DNA from: Octopus sinensis
Lineage: Eukaryota
Length of the DNA stretch: 64,000 bases
Direction of reading: 5' to 3'
NCBI RefSeq assembly: GCF_006345805.1
Contig: NC_043002.1
Span: 77,934,001-77,998,000, forward strand
This document shows positions 53,300 to 63,224 of this stretch, piece after piece. A program made the position numbers and the translations under genes. The first letter of the stretch is position 1; each line of letters opens with the position of its first letter. A model generated the notes under the pieces. It did not search any database, was not told the DNA's origin, and was given only the letters and a program-made list of their open reading frames with translations.

Positions 53300-56083
53300 T
53301 CTCCGCGAAAGGCGGCGACCTGGCAGAATCGTTAGCACGCCGGGCGAAATGCTTAACCGTATTTCGTCTGCCGTTACGTTCTGAGTACAAATTCCGCTGA
53401 GGTCAACTTTGCCATTCATCCTTTCGACGGATGAAATGGATGGATTATAGGGATGGATGGTATGGATTGTATGGTTTGGATGGTATGGGAAGGATGGTAT
53501 GGTATGGTATGGTATGGAAGGTATGGATGGATGATATGGTAGGGATGGATGGATGGTAAACATGCTTCAGATACAAACATTTATTCATACAAACATAAGT
53601 AAATGGATGGATGGATGGATGGATGGATGGTTGGATGGATCGATGGATGGATCGACAGATGGTAAACTTGCTTCAGATACACTTGTTTATTCATACAAAC
53701 ATAAGTGAGATGGATGGATGGATGATTCGATGGTAAACATGCTTCAGAGACACACATTTATTCATACAAACATAAGTGAGATGGATGGATGGATGAATGA
53801 ATGGATGGATGGATGGATGGTTGGATGGATGAGGGATGGATGGATAGATGGTTGGATGGATCGATGGATGGATCGACGGATGGTAAACATGCTTCAGATA
53901 CACTCGTTTATTCAAACAAACATAAGTGAGATGGATGGATGGAAGGATGGACAGATGGTTGGATGGATGGATTGATGGATGGATGGATGGATGGATGGAA
54001 GGTAAACATGCTTCAGATACACTCATTTATTCATACAAGCATAAGAAGATGGATGAATTAATGGATGGATGGATGCATAGATGTATGATTGGATGGATGG
54101 ATGGATCGATCGATGGAAGGATGGATTGATGGATGGTAAACATGCTTCAGATACACTCATTTATTCATACAAAACAAGTGAGATGGATGGATGGATGGAT
54201 GGTTGATTGGATGGATGGATGGATGGATGGATGGATCAATGGATGGATGGATGGTAAACATGCTTCAGATACACTCGTTTATTCATACAAACATAAGGGA
54301 GATTGATGAATGGATGGTTCGATGGTAAACATGCTTTAGAAACACTTGTTTATTCATATAAAAACAAGTGAGATGGATGGAGGGATGGAGGGAGGGAGGG
54401 AGGGATGGATTGATGGTTGGATGAATGGATGGATGGATAGATAGTTGGATGGATGAATGCATGGATGGATGGATGGACGGTTGGTTGGATGGATGGATGG
54501 ATGGATGGTGAACATGCTTCAGATACACTCTTTTATTCTTACAAACATAAGTGAGATGGATGGATGGATCGATGGATGGTAAACATGCTTCAGATACACT
54601 CATTTATTCACACAACATAAGTGAGATGGATCGATGAATGGATAGAATGATGGATGGATGGTAAACATGCTTTAGAAACACTCGTTTATTCATATAAAAA
54701 CAAGTGATATGGATGGAGGGATGAAGGGATGGATGGATGGATTGGTGGTTGGATGAATGGATGGATGGATAGATAGTTGGATGGATGGATAGATAGTTGG
54801 ATGGATGAATGCATGGATGTTTGGATGGATGGATGGTTGGTTGGATGGATCGATGGATCGATGGATCGATGGATGGATCGATGAATGGATAGAATTATGG
54901 ATGGATGGATGGATGGTAAACATGCTTCAGATACACTCATTTATTCATACAAACATAAGTGAGATGGATGGATGGATGGATGGATTGATGGATGGTAAAC
55001 ATGCTTCAGAAACACTCTTTTATTCATACAAACATAAGTGAGATGGATGGATGGATGGATGGATGGATTGATGGATGGTAAACATGCTTCAGATGCACTC
55101 GTTTATTCATACAAACATAAGTGAGATGGATAGATGGATGGGTCGATGCATGGATGGATGGATGGATGGACGGATGGATGGATAGATGGATGGATGGGTG
55201 GATGGATGGATGGATGGATAGATGGATGGATGGATGGGTGGATGCATGGATGGATGGATGGATGGATGGGTGGATGGATAGATGGATGGATGGATGGGTG
55301 GATGCATGGATTGATGGTAAACATGCTTGAGATACACTCGTTTGTTCATACAAACATAAGTGAGATGGATGAATTGATGGATGGATGGATGATTTGATGG
55401 TAAACATGCTTCAGATACACTCATTTATTCATACTAACATAAATGAGATGGATGGACGGATGGATGGATGGTAAACATGCTTCAGATACACTCGTTTATT
55501 CATACAAACATAAGTGAGATGGATGGATGGATGTATGATTGGATGGATGGATGGGTGGATGGATGGATGGATGGATGGAGGGATGGATGGAGGGATGGAT
55601 GGATGGTTGAATGGATGGATGGATTGATGGATGGTAAACATGCTTCAGATACACTCATTTATTCATACAAACATAAGTGAGATTGATGGATGGATAGATG
55701 GCTGGATGGATTGATGGATGGATGGTTTGATGGTAAATATGCTTCAGATACACTCATTTATTCATACAAACATAAGTGAGATGGATGGATGTATGATTGA
55801 TTGGATGGATGGATGGATGGATGGATGGATGGTAAACATGCTTTAGAAACACTCTTTTATTCATACAAACATAAGTGAGATGGATGGATGGATTGATGGA
55901 TGGTAAACATGCTTCAGATACACTCGTTTATTCATACAAACATAAGTGAGAAGGATAGATGGATGGATGGATGTTTAAAATGCCTCAGATACACTCATTT
56001 GTTTATACAAAAATAAGTGAAATGGATGGATGGATGGATGGATGGATGGAACGATGGATGGATTGATGGATGGACGGATGGAT
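51272..56083. repeat. Compound (GGAT/GGTAT)n satellite with interspersed conserved units
   Basis: Degenerate GGAT/GGTAT tracts with 6 copies of an AT-rich unit A (51351-53220) and about 22 copies of a 50-nt unit B (53555-56020). Confidence 0.95.
53308..53426 (+). mobile_element. SINE family B, 3'-truncated, inside the GGAT satellite
   Basis: AAAGGCGGCGACCTGGCAGAATCGTTAGCACGCCGGGCG...CATCCTTTCG, then immediately GGAT repeats; preceded by (TA)n at 53221-53295. Confidence 0.85.
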
Positions 56084-56143
56084 TCAAAATAAACTACTTC
56101 ACTCTAGAAACATCCTTATCCGTTCATTGAGATCAATGTAGGA

Positions 56144-56175
<32 letters not shown>

Positions 56176-56536
56176 ACACACAGATATATGAATACCTTCT
56201 GGGAGAAAATGAGCTGTGAACTTTGTTCTGTCTATATTCTTCTATCTACTATTTTGTTTCTTATAAACTGTGAATTTCCCTGTCTAGATCTTTCATACAT
56301 TCTCACCTTGTCTCTGATGATGGAATACCCAGTGTACAGACATGCTAGCCTGTCACTTGAGATATCCCAGTAACAGCTGTAAGACTTCAAATTCTCCTAA
56401 TTAAATATTCTAAATGACTTGAGATACCTGTCCTGCCTTGGGGTTTTTCTTGTCGTTTTCCTCTAATATAATATATATATGTATATACATACATATATAT
56501 GTGTATGTGCATGCTTGTGGAGACCTTTTGAGTCAA

Positions 56537-56821
56537 GTACATCCACATTAAAAAATCAAATGGAAATTGTAGTTGTGATACCTGTGCCAGTGGCATGTAA
56601 AAAGCACCTACCGATCATAGCCGTTGCCAGCCTCGCCTGGCACGTAGAAAGCACCCAGTACACTCAAGGAGTGGTTGGCTTTAGGAAGGGCATCCAGCTG
56701 TAAAAACACTGCCTGATCAGACTGGAACCTGGTGCAGCCTCCTGGCTTCCCAGACCCCGGTCAAACCATCCAACACATGCCAGCATGGAAAACGGACGTT
56801 AAACAATGATGATGATGATGA

Positions 56822-56823
<2 letters not shown>
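56537..56823 (+). mobile_element. Family P retroposon
   Basis: AAAAATCAAATGGAAATTGTAGTTGTGATACC 5' segment shared with the 62080 copy; (GAT)n tail. Confidence 0.85.
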
Positions 56824-56860
<37 letters not shown>

Positions 56861-57596
56861 CTTAAACACTGGGTTGCTTGTATTGTTGGGAATCATGTGA
56901 TCTTTGGTTCATTCCCATAGTACCTTGGGCCTGTGGCATAGATAAAAGAGAAACAAGGGGAGCAAGCACTCCGCCAAACAATTTTTTTAAATTGGCGGCT
57001 TTTATAAAATGTATAATCAATGAGTTAAAAGTTGGTTGGTGTGTGTCACAGTGTCTTTTATGTACTTGCTCCCCCTAACTTTAGAACTTGGCTACACCCC
57101 TTACTTGGGTAAGTGTCTTCTACTATAACCCAAGTCAACCAAAGTCTTGTAGGGGGATCTCGTGGACAGAAATGAAATGTGTGTGTATGTATATATATAA
57201 ATACATATGTGTATTTACTCTTGTCTTGTCACCATGTGATGCTTGTAAGCAAACTTCTCCATCATACAAGTGACTCTTATTTCCATTCTTACATGAAAAA
57301 TCATGTCTGATCATGGGAAACATTGGCAACAGGAAGGGCATCCAGCCATAGAAAATCTGCCTCAACAAATTCCATATGGCCCATGCAAGAATGGAGAAGT
57401 GGACATTAAATGATGATGTGTGTGTGTACACACATATGTTTGGGTGTACAAACAGGTGATACAGTATTTCATACCTATAGAAATTATCCTCTAAAAGCTG
57501 ATGTCTCATTCCATGGTTACTATGTGAAACATTGCACTTAATAAGAAACTCTAAGTAGAAACAGTGTAAATTATCCGCACCTACATCTTTCTAATT

Positions 57597-57897
57597 GGAG
57601 GTACATAGCCTGGTGGTTAGAGCAGTGGACTCATGGTTGAGGGATCGTGGGTTTGAATCTCAGACCGGGCAATGTGTGTGTTTATGGGCAAAGCACCTAA
57701 GCTCCACACGGCTCCGGCATAAGGTAATGGCAAACTTCTGCTGACTCTTTCGCCACAACTTTCTCTCACTCTTTCCTCCTGCATCTTACAGCTCACCTGC
57801 GACAGACCAGCGTCTTGTCCAGGTGAGGAACCTATACACGAAGGAAACCGGGAAACCAGCCCTTTTGAGCCAGGCATGGCTCGGGAAGGAACAAACA
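57597..57897 (+). mobile_element. SINE family D, shorter variant
   Basis: Same head and central segment as 47837; ends in a GGAACAAACA tail. Confidence 0.7.
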
Positions 57898-58074
57898 TCT
57901 TTCTAAGCTGATTCCACTCAAATGCAGAAAGCTCTCCTCCAATGTCTTGTCCTTGATATTGGTGATCAAAAGAGTGCATATGAGCATAAAAATGTGTTAT
58001 GTCCCACATTACGACAACATATTTCATTGTCTCTGCGGGATTGGCTCGAACAGCATACCTTGATGACTGCTATT

Positions 58075-59712
58075 CCTTTATTAATCACACAGGGTCAAAC
58101 ATAGAGGGGACAGCACAAAGACAGACAAAACACAAAAGTGGGGAAAAATAAAATCGAATGAAAAAAATGGTAATGATAAATGAAAAGATAGAATGATGTC
58201 AACTCTAACACCACACTCCAGATAATGTCGTTGAACATTTTTCGAAAAAGTTTTTAAGCAGTTCTTTTATTTTTGTCTCATTGTCCTTGCTGTGTGTTGC
58301 TTGTATTGTATATTCAGTATTCTTTTTTGGGATAACTTTTTTTTGCTGTCTGTGTTTGTAATGTTTTTCTCTGCATTCGTATCTGTTCTTGTGCATTTAC
58401 TTTTGTCTCTTTGTACTTGCTGCATGTTGTATATTCAGTGTTCTTTTGCGGGGTATCTTTTTCCTTTTTGCTGTCTGCGTTTGTAATGTCTTTTGTCTGC
58501 ATTCGTATCTGTTCTTGTGCATTTGTTTTTAAGCTTTGTGTTTGTTGGAGGAAGAGAATGAGAACTTTTTTTCCTCTTCTTCCCTGCAATTGATCATTCC
58601 TCTTCACTTACCTCAGTAGATGTGAACGGTCCGGCTTCCTCCGGCACACAATTCTCTTCTTCACCTCTTCCTGCTCCCCTTCCTTCTCACCTGGAGCTTC
58701 CTCATTGGGCTTCTCTTTCTGTTCCTTTTGTTTATCCTGTTTTTTACCTTGTGCTTCAGGTTGAAGGACCTGGGGAAACGTTTTCCTTATGTGTCCCTTC
58801 AGCCCACACGCAAAACGTCCTAGGATTCTGCTCTAGACCAAGACTCTCAGTTGTGTCTCATCTGACAGAATTATAAATTCTGGAGTTTCCTCCAGTTCCA
58901 CTGGTGTGGCTTGAATTGTCACCCAAAGACTCCCACCACACCAGTTCTACACTTTTTTCTCCTCAAACTCCAGCAGTATCACCTCCTCCTTGATATTGAA
59001 GCAAGCAGCTGCCAGAAGCCACATTGATCTAATTTCAGGTGGATAACCTTCTATTGTGATTTTTGTGGTTCATTTGCCAAGGTATGACGGCAAAAGAGTC
59101 AGCTCATTTGTCTGCAGGGTGATCACGGAATCATCCCTAGCATCATATTCTGACACAAATTGTACCTACACAGTACCAAACTTCTTCCCTCTTTTCATAT
59201 ATGCTACCTTGAACAAAATAGGCTTTAAGGCCTTTTCAATTTCTTTGGTAGATACAATCTCTATCTTCTTTGTTTCAAGAGATAGTGTTCTATAAACGAT
59301 CCTCTGTGGCTTCTTTGGGGGTAGTCAATCTCACTTTTACTCCATCTCCCTGCAAAATTGGTTGAAATGTTTCCACTGCCTCTGGCATGATGCTGTATCT
59401 TTTTTGCCACTTACTGACTGCTACTGCATAATCTTTCACACTTTCTTCCGAGTCACTTTCGTACTCCGAGTCAATGCTCTCTAGGAGCTCCAACACATCA
59501 TACAAATCACTAGTCATTTTGTGCAGGCACAATTCCCATACAAAATGCAAACAATTCACCCCTAATGAAGGAACAACATGAAAATCAAGCCTGTTCAGGC
59601 AAACAATGTGTCAAAAGACATTAACAGTTTTTAAACACGAGGCAGTCCCATGGAGAACAACTGCAACAAAACGACGTCAAACAACCAATAAATAACCAAC
59701 CGCAACTCAAAG
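58075..59712 (-). mobile_element. ORF1-only (gag-like) LINE derivative, decayed
   Basis: 5' UTR, ATG at 59520, acidic N-terminus, stops and frameshifts, degenerate CX2CX4HX4C knuckle RFACGLKGHIRKTF (58817-58776), AATAAA at the extreme 3' end (58082-58077), no RT; flanked by related 22-nt sequences. Confidence 0.6.
58306..58525. repeat. About 120-bp tandem duplication inside the LINE derivative
   Basis: TTGTATATTCAGT...TTTTGCTGTCTG...GCATTCGTATCTGTTCTTGTGCATTT occurs twice. Confidence 0.8.
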
Positions 59713-60009
59713 GCGTACTTCGCTGACTGGCATTACTGACTGTGTCAGTCCATTATTTATTAGTAATGGACCAGCCCACTTCTCACCTGGGGTATCTGCC
59801 ACAACACCTCCCACCTTCGAGATTTTTTTCAACACAACATTTTTTTTTATTTCCATTACTTTTTCTTCTAACCAAGATTATTTTTTCTTGTTCCACACAG
59901 AATTATATATATATATCTTTCTCTTTCAACACATTTTTTTCTTCATTTCTTTTTCTTCTAACCAGAATTATTTTTCTCTTATTTAGATTATTTTCTTGTT
60001 CCACACAGA

Positions 60010-60042
<33 letters not shown>

Positions 60043-61407
60043 TTTTTCAAAAATTACATGGTTTAATATAAATATATTTTTCATTTCTACAACTTTTCCT
60101 TTTGTTACACTTTTTTCAGCAGAAACTGGAATGGTTACCTGCAAACTTACATTATCTTTTAAAGTATTTGCATTAGAACGATTCCTCAATGAAGCATTTT
60201 CAATAGAAGGACCTTTTCCTGTAACAGATGACTCAGATTCCCTAATTTCAGAATTTTCTACGTGTTCTTCACTAGTCACTTCCATCGATATTTTATCTGG
60301 AGTCTTTTCAAGGAGGACTTGTTTAGTATCCTCAATCACAAAATGGCTTGCATTTTCTTTGTCCATTTTAACTTTCTTAGCAACTGGTTTGTTTTCAATT
60401 TCAACAGATAATATCTGCTTACATTTGAAATCTTCTTATATAACTCGCTTTAAATAAATTGTTAATTCTTTTTCATTTTTTTTTCTTCTAAGCAGAATTA
60501 TTTTTTGCTCCATACAGAATTATTAAATCCTTCGCACAGACTTATCATTATTATTATTTTTTGTTCCCCACAAAACCCCTTTTTTTAAAATGCCTTTGGT
60601 AGTACCAAGTCTACATTATTACTAGTAGAACTACTAAATATAGCAACTTGACTTATAAATCCTTCAAACGAACTTATCATTATTATTTTTTCTTCAGGAT
60701 CCTTTTTTTAAATATATATTTTTCAATGTGTGTAGTTCAATTCTGTGTTTGAGTTCAAATCTTTCGAACTTTCTTTCTTGAATGTAGGTCTTCCATTTCG
60801 ATACTCCTACAAGCGTTCGTAAACTCGTTGCCACTGTTATAACGACATTATTATACAGTGGGAGGTATCCTCGTCATCACTGTTATGTCCCACTACTACA
60901 CATCAGTGGCTGTGTGAACTACGAATCCTCGTTGCCACTGTTATATCCCACATTACGACGACATATTTCGTTGTCTCTGCGGGACTGACCTGAACAGCAT
61001 ACCTCACTGACTGACATTACTGACTGTGTCAGTCCACTATTTATTAGTAGTGGACCAGCCCATTTCTCATCTGGAGGTGTCCACCACAATAAAATGAAAG
61101 TTCATATGTAAGATCATCTTTATTTATTGCCAGCATAACTTTGAGTTCTATTGGGTTTAGCTTGTATGCATTGTACTGTTGTTGTAGCGACCTATCTCCT
61201 GAGTTGTAGACTGTCGATGATAAGTTATGGGTGCAACCTCTGTGCCATCAACTGTGAGGGTTCTGGGAACTTTCTTTTGGACAGATTACACTTGGTGGAG
61301 TATGTTATCTGAAGCATTTGTCTAAGATACAGGGGTATACTCCATGATGCTTCAAACTCATAAATAAGTACTCTTCCCAGAAATTTTGTTTCTTTTTATG
61401 GAGATAT

Positions 61408-61650
61408 TACTCTTTACTCTTTTACTCTTTTACTTGTTTCAGTCATTTGACTGCGGCCATGCTGGAGCACCGCCTTAATTGAGCAACTCAACCCCGGGAC
61501 TTATTCTTTTGTAAGCCCAGTACTTATTCTATCGGTCTCTTTTGCCGAACCGCTAAGTAACGGGGACATAAACACACCAGCATCGGTTGTCAAGCAATGC
61601 TAGGGGGACAAACACGGACACACAAACACACACACACACACACACACACT

Positions 61651-61686
<36 letters not shown>

Positions 61687-61849
61687 CGACAGGCTTCTTT
61701 CAGTTTCCGTCTACCAAATCCACTCACAAGGCATTGGTCGGCCCGGGGCTATAGCAGAAGACACTTGCCCAAGATGCCACGCAGTGGCACTGAACCCGGA
61801 ACCATGTGGTTGGTTAGCAAGCTACTTACCACACAGCCACTCCTGCGCC
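61408..61849 (-). mobile_element. SINE family A, young copy
   Basis: Reverse complement of the family A consensus with an expanded (CA)n centre. Confidence 0.9.
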
Positions 61850-62079
61850 TATATGTCCTGTTCAAACCAGTTTTTTTTTTATAAGCAACATATAGTTGTT
61901 AAAATTGCTGCTAAAAAGTTTTATATACTTTTTTTTTTTTTGATAAAACCACTACTTTGAATTTTGTTGGTGTAAATAGCACTTTCAATCATCCAGCTAA
62001 GCTTCTATTTTGACAAGATCTTGGTGTAAGCAGTAAAGAATAACCAGCTAAGAGTACAACATATTTTCATAAAACATTC

Positions 62080-62460
62080 ACAAAAACATCAACATCAAAA
62101 TAAAAATCAAATGGAAATTGTAGTTGTGATACCCGTGCCGGTGGCATGTAAAAAGCACCATCCGAACGTGGCCAATGCCAGCGCCACCTTAATTGGCTTC
62201 CGTGCCAGTGGCACGTAAAAAGCACCAACCAATCATGGCCGTTTGCCAGCTTCTTCTGGCCCCTGTGCCAGTGGCATGTAAAAATCACCCACTACACTCA
62301 CAGAGTGGTTGGCATCAGGAAGGGCATCCAGCTGTAGAAACACTGCCAGATCAGACTGGAGCCGGGTGCAGCCTCCTGGCTTCCCAGACCCCAGTCGAAC
62401 TGTCCAACCCATGCAAGCATGGAAAACGGACATTAAACTATGATGATGATGATGATGATG
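62080..62460 (+). mobile_element. Family P retroposon, longest copy (three internal motifs)
   Basis: Three 26-nt GTGCC(A/G)GTGGCA(C/T)GTAAAAA(G/T)CACC motifs; (GAT)n tail. Confidence 0.87.
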
Positions 62461-63224
62461 ATTCACAAGGTCATCTAAAAAGGTAGGAAACAGGTCAAGT
62501 ACTGAACTTTGTAGGACTGATGCAGTGATTTATAGTTCCTCACATATCTCCCAGTTACCCAGCTCAATGCTGAGTTCACTGTACAATGCCCTGCAAAAGA
62601 CTATAACATGTATTTCTTGACTCATGTCCAAATAAGTGATCCATATCAGGAAGAGACTGATCAAAAGTTCTATTATGGTTTTATTAGAATCCCAATTTCC
62701 TTTTATTATTGGTGCCTTTGGTTATATTCATAAACATCTAAAAGTGATAATCTGGAAAGCTAAGGTTTTCAAGCAAAGAAAGAAACAAGTTAAAACACAC
62801 TGCGGATACAATCTGTAAGCAGAAAAGTAACGATATGCATGATCGTTCTAAAGTTCAACAGGTCACAATTTTATTATTATCCAAATTCTAGTGTAGGGGC
62901 ATTGTTTCTTTGTTAAAAATCAGCTCCTTCTTTCTAGGAAGAATTCTAATAAATATCTTTAAAAAGTAAAGAAATGGACACAGGTTTGGCTGTGTGGTAA
63001 GAAGCTGGCTCCCAAACCACATGCTTCCAGATTCAGTCCCACTCTGTGGTAGCTTGGGCGAGTGCCTTCTACTATAGCCTTAGGCTTAATAAAACCTTGT
63101 GAGTGGATTTGGTAGACAAAAACTGAAAGAAAGCCCATCCTTTTAGTGTTCGTCTACCAAATCCACTTATGTGGCCTCATTCGACCCAAAAGAGTATAGT
63201 AGAAGACACTTGCCCTAAGTGTCA

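Noticed and set aside
51404-55680. Many His/Pro/Ile/Ser-rich and Trp/Met/Asp/Gly-rich ORFs
   Set aside because: They are direct translations of (GGAT)n and (ATCC)n, which lack stop codons; there are no splice signals or domains.
53555-56020. CRISPR array
   Set aside because: The spacers are simple GGAT microsatellite of very unequal length, the 50-nt repeat is variable, there are no cas genes, and the context is a eukaryotic intron-containing genome.
53555-56020. Hammerhead-ribozyme satellite (as in newt or schistosome repeats)
   Set aside because: The reverse strand of unit B has CTGAAGC, not CUGANGA, and no GAAA/stem III arrangement.
57995-61090. DIRS/Ngaro/PAT split-direct-repeat retroelement (X...Y...XY layout)
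   Set aside because: No RT or tyrosine recombinase remnant was found, and the joined XY is terminal rather than internal; insertion with target duplication explains the layout more simply.
62134-62289. Mini-CRISPR (26-nt palindromic repeats, 37-41-nt spacers)
   Set aside because: The same spacers recur in other copies of the retroposon (2303, 32325, 39331, 56537), so they are fixed parts of a SINE and not acquired spacers.
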